From: Minisyncoccota bacterium
Lineage (GTDB): Bacteria; Patescibacteriota; Minisyncoccia; Phycocordibacterales; JABMNX01
Assembly (NCBI GenBank): GCA_040876885.1
Contig: JBBDOU010000012.1
Coordinates: forward strand, 5,986-69,985
DNA length: 64,000 bases
Reading direction: 5' to 3'
Below are positions 10,336 to 19,874 of this stretch, piece after piece. Position numbers and translations under genes: made by a program. The notes below the pieces were generated by a model. It did no database searches and had not been told where the DNA came from. It saw nothing but the letters and a program-made list of their open reading frames with translations. Each line of letters starts with the position of its first letter. The first letter of the stretch is position 1.

Positions 10336-11277
10336 ATGAAAACAACTCCTCGAGACTTCTTTTTCTTGATTGCGACGTTTGCAACACTCTATATCAGTGC
10401 AGTTAGTCTATTGACACTCCTCTTCCAGTATATTGATATTCTCTTTGGGGATACGCTACAAAGCCTTTATTACGACCCTTACTCAGGTGCGATACGTTTT
10501 TCTATTGCATCACTTATTATAATTTTCCCGCTGTACCTGTACCTCACTCGCTCTCTTAATCAGGAAGTGCGGGCGCACCCAGAAAAGAAAGAATTAGGAG
10601 TACGAAAGTGGCTTATTTACCTCACACTCTTTATTGCGGGGACTACTATTATTATCGACCTCATTGTGCTCATTAACACATTTCTTGGTGGGGAAGTACT
10701 CACGTCAGGATTTATTTTGAAAGTACTTTCTATCATCATTGTTATTGGTGGGGTGTTTATGTACTACCTGCAGGACCTAAAAGGTACATGGGAAAAATCA
10801 AAAAGTCTTTCTCAGATTATAGGGGGAGTAGTTACACTTATGGTGCTCACCTCAATCATAGGGGGATTCTTTATTATTGGTTCACCGCAGACACAACGAC
10901 TTATGCGCTTTGACCAAGATAAGATTAATGACCTTTCTAGTATCCAGTGGCAGGTTGTTACATACTTCCAGCAAAAAGAAACACTTCCTCAGACATTAGC
11001 AGAACTAGAAGACCCGCTCACGGGATTTATTCTTCCTACTGATGCACAGACAGATACTGCGTATTCATATGAGGTGGTAGAAGGTCTTACCTTTAAACTA
11101 TGCGCTGACTTCAATAAGGAAAGCAAAGGATACACTCATGCAGAGCCAAAAGCGGTACGTCTGGAGAGCTCTGTTCGATACGGAGGGTTTGATAACGAAA
11201 ATTGGGCTCATGGAGAAGGCGAGACTTGTTTTGAGAGAACTATTGACCCTGATAAATTTCCAGCATTTAAGGGATAG
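10336..11277 (+). CDS. Polytopic membrane protein with C-terminal extracytoplasmic domain (hypothetical, CPR-type)
   Basis: 4-5 TM helices followed by a soluble domain of about 120 aa. A putative promoter TTGTAT-N17-TATACT lies at about 10268-10296. Confidence 0.5.
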   Translation: MKTTPRDFFFLIATFATLYISAVSLLTLLFQYIDILFGDTLQSLYYDPYSGAIRFSIASLIIIFPLYLYLTRSLNQEVRAHPEKKELGVRKWLIYLTLFIAGTTIIIDLIVLINTFLGGEVLTSGFILKVLSIIIVIGGVFMYYLQDLKGTWEKSKSLSQIIGGVVTLMVLTSIIGGFFIIGSPQTQRLMRFDQDKINDLSSIQWQVVTYFQQKETLPQTLAELEDPLTGFILPTDAQTDTAYSYEVVEGLTFKLCADFNKESKGYTHAEPKAVRLESSVRYGGFDNENWAHGEGETCFERTIDPDKFPAFKG

Positions 11278-11317
11278 AGAAAACAAAAAATAAAAAGCAG
11301 TAAACACAGACGCGTAT

Positions 11318-13765
11318 ATGGAGTCCTATAACCACGAACAGATAGAAAAAAAATGGCAGAAAAAGTGGGACGAGGAGAAGCTCTATCTTACGCAAGAGCG
11401 CGCTGATAAAAAAAAGTGTTACGTCCTTGATATGTTCCCGTACCCGTCTGGAGAGGGGCTTCATGTGGGGCATCCTAAAGGGTACATCGCCACAGACATA
11501 TACTCACGACACAAACGGATGTCTGGTTTTAACGTCTTGCACCCTATGGGATGGGACGCTTTTGGACTTCCTGCTGAAAACTTTGCGCTGAAGAACAAAG
11601 TACATCCTCGCGTTGCAGTGGAGAAAAATATAGCTCGATTCAAAGAACAACTTTCTGGTATTGGTTTTAGCTATGATTGGGAGCGAGAAATAAATACAAC
11701 AGACCCTGAGTATTACAAGTGGACTCAGTGGATTTTTCTCAAAATGTTTGAACAAGGTCTTGCGTATGAATCACATGAACCTATTAACTGGTGTCCAACT
11801 TGTTTGACAGGTTTGGCTAACGAAGACCTTGAAGGAAACGAATGTGAGCGGTGTGGAACAGTAGTCGAGAAAAAACCGATACGACAATGGGTGCTTAAGA
11901 TTACTGATTATGCTGAGCGTTTGCTTGAAGACATTGAAAGTCTTGATTGGCCCGAATCAATTAAAGAATCTCAACGTAACTGGATAGGGAAAAGTGAAGG
12001 CGCTGAGATAACATTTAATATAAAACACCATGACGTAGGAGTTAGAATCTTCACGACACGTCCAGACACACTCTATGGCGCTACCTATATAGTGCTCGCA
12101 CCGGAACATGAGCTGATGGACAAGCTTAAGGTGGAAATCAAAAACTGGAGTGCGGTGGAGAAGTATATACAAGAAGCAAGTGAAAAATCAGACCTCGATA
12201 GGCAAAAAAATGAGAAAGAAAAAACTGGAGTGCTTCTTGAGGGGGTAGTTGCAATTAATCCTGTAAACAATGAGGAGGTACCAGTGTTTGTCGCTGACTA
12301 CGTATTGTCTGGGTATGGAACGGGTGCAATTATGGCAGTCCCTGCGCACGATGAACGAGATTTTGCTTTTGCTAAAGAAAAAAACTTAATCATTAGAGGT
12401 GTAGTAGTTCCAGAAGGTAACGTTAACCCAGAAGATTATGAACTGCTTCTTGTTTCACCAACTTCTAAATCAGTTACAGAATATATTTTAAAGTACGGTC
12501 CTTATACTGGCACTGGGTACTTGATAGATTCTGGTGAATTTAATAACCAAAAATCAGAAGATGTAAAAGAAAAAATAACCAAGAAGGTTGGTGGAGAAAT
12601 GAAGACGAAGTACCGACTTCGAGACTGGGTGTTCTCACGTCAGCGGTATTGGGGGGAACCAATCCCGATAATTCACTGCGAAAAGTGCGGTCCTGTCGCA
12701 GTACCTGAAGAAGACCTGCCGGTAGTGCTTCCTGAGGTTGAGCATTACGAGCCAACAGGAACTGGGGAGTCGCCACTTGCTTCAATTGATTCGTGGGTTA
12801 ACACTACGTGTCCAACCTGTAATGGTGCCGGAAAGCGAGAGACAAACACTATGCCACAATGGGCAGGTTCTTCTTGGTATCACCTTCGCTATATTGACCC
12901 TAAAAACAGTGTTGAGTTTGCAGATAAAGAGAAAGAAAAATACTGGTCTCCAGTTGATATGTATGTGGGAGGAGCAGAGCACGCAACACGACATCTTATT
13001 TATGCTCGGTTCTGGCATAAGTTTTTATTTGATATTAAGGAGGTGAATTATTCTGAGCCATTTAAACGTTTGCAACACGTCGGACTTATCCTTGCTGAAG
13101 ATGGGCGAAAGATGAGTAAACGATATGGGAATGTGGTCAATCCAGATGATATTGTCCATTTTTATGGTGCTGATACGCTTCGTGTATACGAAATGTTTAT
13201 GGGTCCCTTTGCGCAATCAGTATCATGGAATACGGAGAGTATCATTGGTCCTCGAAAGTTTCTTGAGCGTGTATGGAGACTACAAGAAATAGTTGTTGAA
13301 GGTGATGATTCTCTAGAAACAATCCTTCATAAAACAATACAGAAGGTGGGAAGCGATATAGAGAACTTCGCATTTAACACAGCAGTATCTCAGCTCATGA
13401 TTTTTCTTAATGAAGTTGAAAAGAATAAAAAGATACGCACGTCTTCCTACGTTGCTTTTTTGAAACTCCTTGCCCCGTTTGCTCCACATATTGTAGAAGA
13501 GCTTTGGGAGAAAATGGGAAATACTTCTTCCGTTCATCTTGAGCCATGGCCTGAGTATGATGCATCGAAACTTATTTCTGACACGGTCTCTATTCCAGTG
13601 CAGATAAACGGGAAAGTCCGTGGTTTAATAGAGGCTGATTTTGACATCACTGAAGAAGAAGTGCTCGCGCGCATCAAGAAGAGTGCGACTATTTCTAGGT
13701 GGATAGTGGGAGATATACAGAAGGTGATATATGTCCCTAACAAGCTTATAAGTCTCGTGATATAG
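11318..13765 (+). CDS. leuS: Leucyl-tRNA synthetase
   Basis: HVGHPKGY (HIGH) and KMSKR motifs, a CP1 editing insertion, 815 aa. Confidence 0.95.
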   Translation: MESYNHEQIEKKWQKKWDEEKLYLTQERADKKKCYVLDMFPYPSGEGLHVGHPKGYIATDIYSRHKRMSGFNVLHPMGWDAFGLPAENFALKNKVHPRVAVEKNIARFKEQLSGIGFSYDWEREINTTDPEYYKWTQWIFLKMFEQGLAYESHEPINWCPTCLTGLANEDLEGNECERCGTVVEKKPIRQWVLKITDYAERLLEDIESLDWPESIKESQRNWIGKSEGAEITFNIKHHDVGVRIFTTRPDTLYGATYIVLAPEHELMDKLKVEIKNWSAVEKYIQEASEKSDLDRQKNEKEKTGVLLEGVVAINPVNNEEVPVFVADYVLSGYGTGAIMAVPAHDERDFAFAKEKNLIIRGVVVPEGNVNPEDYELLLVSPTSKSVTEYILKYGPYTGTGYLIDSGEFNNQKSEDVKEKITKKVGGEMKTKYRLRDWVFSRQRYWGEPIPIIHCEKCGPVAVPEEDLPVVLPEVEHYEPTGTGESPLASIDSWVNTTCPTCNGAGKRETNTMPQWAGSSWYHLRYIDPKNSVEFADKEKEKYWSPVDMYVGGAEHATRHLIYARFWHKFLFDIKEVNYSEPFKRLQHVGLILAEDGRKMSKRYGNVVNPDDIVHFYGADTLRVYEMFMGPFAQSVSWNTESIIGPRKFLERVWRLQEIVVEGDDSLETILHKTIQKVGSDIENFAFNTAVSQLMIFLNEVEKNKKIRTSSYVAFLKLLAPFAPHIVEELWEKMGNTSSVHLEPWPEYDASKLISDTVSIPVQINGKVRGLIEADFDITEEEVLARIKKSATISRWIVGDIQKVIYVPNKLISLVI

Positions 13766-13845
13766 TCAGAGACACGAGAGTTTGACGAAGTACTAGACAA
13801 ATGATATAAATTAAGGTACACTATTTTGTAAGAATCAATATATAT

Positions 13846-14874
13846 ATGGCAAAAATAACCTTTAAACCCAAGCAAGTAAGCAAAATGCTACTTTCTGCGC
13901 TCCCAGAACGAGCTCAGGAGGTCCTTACCAGTCGCTATGGACTCGGTAAAGTTACTGAAAAGATGACCCTTGAGTCTATTGGTGAGAAGTACGGAATCAC
14001 TCGTGAACGAGTCCGTCAGATAGAAAACCACGCACTCGTGAGTATTCGAAAATCAGAAGCTTTTGAAAAAACAACCCCTGTCTTTGAAGAACTAGAGCAC
14101 TACATAGAAAGTCTCGGAGGGGTAATTTCTGAAATAGAACTTCTCTCAAGTATTTCAAAAGATAAGAGCACCCAAAACCACATGCACTTCTTGCTCGTAC
14201 TCGGTAACCCATTTGTGTACAAAAAAGAAGATAGTGAATTTACGCATCGTTGGTATACAAACGAAGAGTTTGCAGAAAGTATCCACACAGCACTTCGGAA
14301 TCTTTACACAAACCTTTCAGACAATGAACTTGTAACAGAATCTGTGCTTCTTGAATCATTTCTTAATGAGGTCAAACATTTAAGTGACCAGTACCTCCAA
14401 GAAGAAATTCTTCGTCGATGGTTGTCTCTTTCAAAGACTATTGCAAAGAACCCGCTCGGAGATTGGGGACCTGCTGCATCCTCAAACGTTAAAGCAAAGG
14501 GAATGCGTGACTTCGCATACCTTGCAATCAAACGACACGGTTCTCCAATGCACTTCACTGAGGTCGCAGAATCTATAACAGAACTATTTAATAAAAAGGC
14601 TCATGTAGCAACATGTCACAATGAACTCATTAAAGACAAGCGCTTTGTGCTTGTAGGACGAGGACTCTATGCGCTTTCAGAATGGGGATATTCAAGCGGC
14701 GTGGTGAAAGATGTCCTTAAGACTATTCTTGAAAAAGAAGGACCGCTTTCTCGTGAGGAACTTATTGATAGAATTCGAAAAGAGCGATACGTGAAAGACA
14801 ATACGATATCAGTAAACCTACAAGACACATCTATTTTTAAGAAAGATAAAGGTGGAAAGTACTCTCTTTTTTAA
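13846..14874 (+). CDS. Sigma-70 region 4-like HTH protein with C-terminal HARE-HTH (RNAP delta-like) winged helix; not a complete sigma factor
   Basis: Residues 15-70 match sigma region 4.2 (LPERAQEVL...TLESIGEKYGITRERVRQIENHAL). The C-terminal 100 aa match the HARE-HTH pattern (MHFTEVAESI...RFVLVGRGLYALSEWGY). Sigma regions 2 and 3 are absent. Confidence 0.6.
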   Translation: MAKITFKPKQVSKMLLSALPERAQEVLTSRYGLGKVTEKMTLESIGEKYGITRERVRQIENHALVSIRKSEAFEKTTPVFEELEHYIESLGGVISEIELLSSISKDKSTQNHMHFLLVLGNPFVYKKEDSEFTHRWYTNEEFAESIHTALRNLYTNLSDNELVTESVLLESFLNEVKHLSDQYLQEEILRRWLSLSKTIAKNPLGDWGPAASSNVKAKGMRDFAYLAIKRHGSPMHFTEVAESITELFNKKAHVATCHNELIKDKRFVLVGRGLYALSEWGYSSGVVKDVLKTILEKEGPLSREELIDRIRKERYVKDNTISVNLQDTSIFKKDKGGKYSLF

Positions 14875-14905
14875 AGAGACGTATGTTTTAAACATACTGC
14901 ACTAA

Positions 14906-14932
14906 AAAGAGCTGTCACAGACAGCTCTTTTG
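14906..14932 (+). terminator. Bidirectional intrinsic terminator (AAAGAGCTGT-loop-ACAGCTCTTT)
   Basis: A 10-bp perfect stem with a 5-nt loop, flanked by A and T runs. Confidence 0.65.
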
Positions 14933-14949
14933 CGTTATGATTTAGTGTA

Positions 14950-16281
14950 ATGACATTTAACCCCGCTAAGATTTTTAGTACGATATCCGTTCCTTGGATC
15001 GGAATAGTTTTAGTGCTTTTCTTTAGTCTTCTGTGGTACTTATTTACACTCTTTGCACCTCAGTTCAATCCAGTATTTAAGATACTCGTCTTGCTTTCAC
15101 CAGTATGGCTACCAGTCTTTCTTGGGATTATCTTTTGGCATGTATGGCTAGAATATATCCGTGCAAAGTTTATTAATAAACAAGAGTACGTGCTCTTAGA
15201 GATACGTATCCCTCGAGAGGTCCTCCGTTCTCCTTTGGCTATGGAGACACTGCTTACTAACTTGCACATTGGTATGGGAGAAGCGACGTTTATTGATCGA
15301 TATATTAAAGGTCAAACACGGCCATGGTACTCTCTGGAGATGGTGTCTTTGGGTGGTGAGATTCATTTTTATGTTTGGACACGTAAATTCTTGAAAGATA
15401 TTGTTGAGTCTCAGATATATGGACAATATCCAATGGTTGAAATATACGAGGTTGAAGATTATGCTAAAAAATTACACTACAATAAAGACCAGTACGGCGT
15501 GTGGGGTTGTGATTTTAAATTAACTGGAAAAGATGCGTATCCCATAAAGACATACGTTGATTATGGCCTCGATAAGGATCCGAAAGAAGAATTTAAGATT
15601 GACCCAATGGCAGGATTCTTTGAGTTTCTTGGGCATATTGGACCTGATGAGCAAATTTGGTTTCAGATTTTGATTCGGGTGAATAAGAGCAGTTTGAAAG
15701 AGGATAGAAAATATAAGAAAGGATCATTTTTTATTGAAACAACAAGTTGGAAGGATGAGGCTAAAGAAGAAATAGCAGAGATTCGAGATAATGCAACGCA
15801 AAAGTATACTGATGATCAGGGAAAAGAACGAGCCGGTTTTCCAAACATGACGCCGGGGGATACTGATAAGATAAAAGCGCTAGAGCGGAGTGTTTCAAAG
15901 CTTGGGTTTGATGCGGGGTTACGTGGTATTTATATTGCAAAGGCCGATACATTTAATCCATCTAATATCGCAGCCCTCACCTCATCTCTTAAACAACTCA
16001 ACTCGAGTAATTTGAACGGTTTTGCCCCGACAAGGTGGTTTACGGAGTTTAGCTACCCATGGCAAGATATTTTTGGAAAGAAAGAGACGTACCGTAGAGA
16101 GATTATTGACGCCTTTAAACGTCGTTCATGGTTCCACCCTCCATACAAAACACCTCATTTTGTACTTAACACTGAAGAGCTCGCAACAATTTTCCATTTC
16201 CCTGGCTCAATAGTCCAAGCTCCTACCCTTGGTCGTATACAGTCCACAAAGGGTGACGCACCTGCTAACCTACCAACATAA
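14950..16281 (+). CDS. Hypothetical membrane-anchored protein (2 N-terminal TM helices plus a large soluble domain), translationally coupled to mltG
   Basis: 443 aa with no Walker motif and no recognisable family. Its stop overlaps the mltG ATG by 1 nt. Confidence 0.5.
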   Translation: MTFNPAKIFSTISVPWIGIVLVLFFSLLWYLFTLFAPQFNPVFKILVLLSPVWLPVFLGIIFWHVWLEYIRAKFINKQEYVLLEIRIPREVLRSPLAMETLLTNLHIGMGEATFIDRYIKGQTRPWYSLEMVSLGGEIHFYVWTRKFLKDIVESQIYGQYPMVEIYEVEDYAKKLHYNKDQYGVWGCDFKLTGKDAYPIKTYVDYGLDKDPKEEFKIDPMAGFFEFLGHIGPDEQIWFQILIRVNKSSLKEDRKYKKGSFFIETTSWKDEAKEEIAEIRDNATQKYTDDQGKERAGFPNMTPGDTDKIKALERSVSKLGFDAGLRGIYIAKADTFNPSNIAALTSSLKQLNSSNLNGFAPTRWFTEFSYPWQDIFGKKETYRREIIDAFKRRSWFHPPYKTPHFVLNTEELATIFHFPGSIVQAPTLGRIQSTKGDAPANLPT

Positions 16282-17342
16282 TGAGGGAAGACGTATATAC
16301 TGAATTAGAAGCTAATCAGTACAGACAAAATACAATTAAACCCATCTGGAAGATAGCTCGTAATACTATAGGGTACGGACTTTTTGGGACTCCGCTTAGA
16401 AAGTCAGTATTTTTTTCGGTACTTCTTTTGTTTTTTGTATTCTATACAGCGTTTATAAAACCACCAGTGGCGTTTCCTGTAGGGCATACTATCATAATTG
16501 AAAAAGGCGAAACACTTAAGGGTATTGTGGAGGATTTTGAATCAAACAATATAATCCGCTCACCATTTTTCTTTCACAGTATGGTGATTATTTTAGGAGG
16601 TGAGAAAAGCGCACGCGCGGGTGATTACTATTTAAAAGAGAAGGAAAACATCTTTAAGCTCGCGTATCGTATTTCCTATGGAGCGTTTGGGTTAACTCCT
16701 ATGCGGGTGCAAGTCCCAGAAGGACTCTCAGTTGAGGAGGTAGCCTTACATCTTTCAAATACCATCCCTGACTTTGATATGGTTGAGTTCCTTGCTCTTT
16801 CAAAAGATGATGAGGGATATCTCTTCCCAGACACGTATTACTTTTTACCCAATGTTAGTGAAAAGGAAGTGTATCGCACTATGAAAGAGACATTCGAAAG
16901 CAGGGTTGAGGAAATAGCTCCAGAAGTGACAGAGTTTATGGAAGCATATAATGTCACCTTAAAGGAGGTGGTAACGATGGCCTCTATTATTGAACTTGAA
17001 GCTTCTGATTTTGAAGTAAAGCGTACTATCTCGGGAGTATTGTGGAATCGAATTAAGATAGATATGGCGCTTCAGGTGGACGCTTCCTTTGTCTATCTTC
17101 TCGAGAAAGGCACTTCGCAGATATCTCTTGACGATCTTGCTCTTGATTCTCCATATAATACATATAAGTACAGAGGACTTCCGCCGGGACCGATTACAAA
17201 CCCGGGCCTCGATTCAATTTTGGCTGCAGTGACCCCACAAGAACATGAATATTTTTATTATCTCGCAGACAAGACTGGAGTGACACACTTTAGTGAGACA
17301 TTTGCAGAGCACACGAGGAAGAAAACTCAGTATATAGATTAG
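16281..17342 (+). CDS. mltG: Endolytic murein transglycosylase MltG (YceG-like)
   Basis: An N-terminal TM helix, then the YceG signature blocks (LWNRIKIDMALQVDASFVYLL, YNTYKYRGLPPGPITNPG). Confidence 0.85.
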   Translation: MREDVYTELEANQYRQNTIKPIWKIARNTIGYGLFGTPLRKSVFFSVLLLFFVFYTAFIKPPVAFPVGHTIIIEKGETLKGIVEDFESNNIIRSPFFFHSMVIILGGEKSARAGDYYLKEKENIFKLAYRISYGAFGLTPMRVQVPEGLSVEEVALHLSNTIPDFDMVEFLALSKDDEGYLFPDTYYFLPNVSEKEVYRTMKETFESRVEEIAPEVTEFMEAYNVTLKEVVTMASIIELEASDFEVKRTISGVLWNRIKIDMALQVDASFVYLLEKGTSQISLDDLALDSPYNTYKYRGLPPGPITNPGLDSILAAVTPQEHEYFYYLADKTGVTHFSETFAEHTRKKTQYID

Positions 17343-17414
17343 TATTTCATTATCCCCATCCACATTCATTATCCCCATTCACATATAGATTAGTATTTCA
17401 TTATCCTCATCCAC
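17332..17414 (+). repeat. Tandem direct duplication of the mltG 3' end (32-bp unit ATATAGATTAGTATTTCATTATCC(C/T)CATCCAC, 51-bp period)
   Basis: Copy 1 at 17332-17363 spans the mltG stop codon. Copy 2 at 17383-17414 differs by one base. There is also an internal sub-repeat CATTATCCCCAT(C/T)CAC. Confidence 0.8.
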
Positions 17415-17447
17415 TTTTGTTCCCATGGGAACAAAAGTGGATGAGGA
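17404..17447. repeat. Perfect 42-44 bp palindrome centred on CATG (CCTCATCCACTTTTGTTCCCA|TGGGAACAAAAGTGGATGAGG)
   Basis: Exact reverse-complement symmetry with no loop. It is followed by two smaller palindromes (TGTACCAGGGTACA, GTACACCTGTGTAC) and a T8 run, and probably acts as the mltG terminator. Confidence 0.85.
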
Positions 17448-17919
17448 AGGAATAAAAAATTGTACCAGGGTACACCTGTGTACGATTTTTTTTGCGTTAT
17501 TTTTTACCTCTGTTACCGTCTGTTTTTTCTTCTGAGTCGGTTTCTTTTTTTTGAAAGGGTAGTGGATTTTAAGCATATTTTTTATTGTGAGTCTTTGGGT
17601 GTATTTCTATAATCTTGCTGTACCAAGTATTAAGTAAAAACCGCCTAGTATCGCAGTCATAAACACACTTCCTATTAACAATGCAATAATCGCCAATAAA
17701 ACGAATATCCAAAATGTCCAGTCTATTTTATTCATCTTGTGTTCTTAATACTTCTGATAATTTAGGAGATTGTGAGCCAATTCTTTGTAACATATCTCCT
17801 GTCTTTGCTACTTGCGCAGGGCTTTGCCCTTCTGGAGATTCGATTCTCATTATAAGCACCCCTTACTTTAAAAATTAAAACAAAGTTTATCCTATTTCTA
17901 GTAGATATGCTATAACACA

Positions 17920-18984
17920 TTGGTGAAAAAGGAAACAAAAAAAGTATTTGTCGGTGTGAGTGGCGGGGTAGACTCGTCTGTTTCGGCTGCACTCCTGAAA
18001 GCGGAGGGCTACGATGTTGTCGGTGTGTTTATAAAAGTCTGGCAACCAGACTTCTTGAAATGCGATTGGGAGAAAGAGCGGACTGACGCCATACGTGTCT
18101 GTGTACGTCTTGATATCCCATTTTTGACACTCGACCTTGAAGAGGAATATAAAAAGGAGGTTGCTGATTATATGATTACTGAATACAAAAGTGGACGGAC
18201 TCCAAACCCTGATGTTATGTGTAATAAGTACGTCAAGTTTGGTAGTTTCTTTTCATTTGCAAAAGAAAAGGGTGCTGACTATATTGCAACAGGGCATTAT
18301 GCTCAAGTTAAAGAAAAAAATGGTGTATACCACTTACTACAAGGGGAAGATACAAACAAAGATCAGTCATATTTTCTATGGACGCTCACGCAAAAAGAAT
18401 TGGGTTCGGTACTATTTCCTGTTGGTGGATATAAGAAAGATGCGGTTCGGAAGATTGCGCAGAAGTTTAACCTCCTTACTGCTGATAAAAAAGATAGTCA
18501 GGGAATCTGTTTTCTTGGGCACGTTGATTTAGAGGAATTTCTTGGTCATTACATAGACCTTGTCGAAGGGGATGTTTTGAATACTCATAGTGATGTGGTT
18601 GGAGTCCATAAAGGAGCACAACTCTACACGATGGGGCAACGTCACGGATTTTCTATTTTAGAAAAAGGTACTGAACGAGAACCATATTATGTTGTTGAGA
18701 AAAATTTGGAGAAAAATACAATCACCGTTTCTCATGAGCCTCACGACAGTGAGTTTACTAGAAAAGAGGTAGTGCTCACTTCAACAAACTGGATAGTGAG
18801 TGCTCCGGAAGAAGGGAAGCAATACACCGCACGAATACGCCATCGCGGGGAACTGCATCCCTGCACAGTTATAAAGAATACTGTGGTCTTTAGAGAAGCT
18901 CAGCACGGACTCGCTCAGGGTCAGTCACTGGTACTTTTTGATAAAGCAGTGTGTATCGGGGGTGGGATTGTTTCTTGGTCTTAA
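17920..18984 (+). CDS. mnmA: tRNA-specific 2-thiouridylase MnmA
   Basis: PP-loop VGVSGGVDSS and the conserved C-terminal domain. It has a TTG or GTG start with TGcTATAAC only 3-6 nt upstream, so the transcript is probably leaderless. Confidence 0.9.
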   Translation: MVKKETKKVFVGVSGGVDSSVSAALLKAEGYDVVGVFIKVWQPDFLKCDWEKERTDAIRVCVRLDIPFLTLDLEEEYKKEVADYMITEYKSGRTPNPDVMCNKYVKFGSFFSFAKEKGADYIATGHYAQVKEKNGVYHLLQGEDTNKDQSYFLWTLTQKELGSVLFPVGGYKKDAVRKIAQKFNLLTADKKDSQGICFLGHVDLEEFLGHYIDLVEGDVLNTHSDVVGVHKGAQLYTMGQRHGFSILEKGTEREPYYVVEKNLEKNTITVSHEPHDSEFTRKEVVLTSTNWIVSAPEEGKQYTARIRHRGELHPCTVIKNTVVFREAQHGLAQGQSLVLFDKAVCIGGGIVSWS

Positions 18985-19039
18985 AAATAGCTGTATGGTT
19001 TTTGTATTGAATATTGTGTAAAGCTTGTTAGTATAAGAT

Positions 19040-19873
19040 ATGGCAGAAGCAATACGTATTAAGAAGACTGATGGAACCACAGAGCCTTTTGATGTATCAA
19101 AGCTAGAACGTTCCCTAGAACGTTCGGGTGCATCTGCGTCAGTGATAAAGGTGGTGGTAAAGAAAATAACTGAGATGCTTTCTCCTGGAATGAGCACTAA
19201 AGAGATATATAAGGAAGCCTTTACTCTCCTTAAGAGTAAAGAAAAGGGTCCAGCTGCGGCACGGTATTCATTAAAAAAAGCGGTGTTCGATCTTGGTCCC
19301 AGCGGTTTTCCCTTTGAAGACTTTATTACTGAGCTTTTTCGGGCCACAGGACATGACGCTACTAATAGTGTGATTATGAAAGGGAAGTGTGCAGAGCATG
19401 AGGTCGATATGTTTGCAGTACATGAGGGAGGAGTGCGACATGGGGCAGAAATTAAATTTCATAATCACCCTGGTATTAGAACTGACCTCAAGGTTGCGCT
19501 GTATGTGTATGCTCGGTTTGATGATCTTAAAAAAGGAGGGGATGTTGATGAAGGAATGCTTATCACGAACACTCGTTTTACAAGCAACGCATTAGAATAC
19601 GGTAAATGTGTAGGGCTTCGGATGATAAGCTGGGATTATCCAGAAAAAGATAATCTGTACTCGCTCATAGAGCGGACGGGGTTACATCCAATCAGCTGTT
19701 TGACCTCTATTCCAGATAAGAACAAGAAGACACTTATTGATAATGAGGTCGTGTTGTGTCGAACAATTAAAGAGAACCCAGGAGTATTAGGTGAACACGG
19801 AGTCTCGGAGGAATTAGTTCCCAAAATACTCGAAGAAATAGGTGCCTTGTGTCAACCGGGTGCTGGAGTGTAA
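19040..19873 (+). CDS. ATP-cone domain fused to a restriction-endonuclease-like (Mrr/PD-(D/E)xK) domain
   Basis: The N-terminal 90 aa fit the ATP-cone pattern (IRIKKTDGTTEPFDVSKLERSLERSGAS). The C-terminal half has a D...E-I-K motif (HEVDMFAV...GAEIKF) typical of the Mrr_cat fold. Confidence 0.55.
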   Translation: MAEAIRIKKTDGTTEPFDVSKLERSLERSGASASVIKVVVKKITEMLSPGMSTKEIYKEAFTLLKSKEKGPAAARYSLKKAVFDLGPSGFPFEDFITELFRATGHDATNSVIMKGKCAEHEVDMFAVHEGGVRHGAEIKFHNHPGIRTDLKVALYVYARFDDLKKGGDVDEGMLITNTRFTSNALEYGKCVGLRMISWDYPEKDNLYSLIERTGLHPISCLTSIPDKNKKTLIDNEVVLCRTIKENPGVLGEHGVSEELVPKILEEIGALCQPGAGV

Positions 19874-19874
19874 A

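Noticed and set aside
18191-18532. 113-aa + strand ORF in an alternative frame within mnmA
   Set aside because: It overlaps a confidently assigned gene in another frame with a low-complexity translation.
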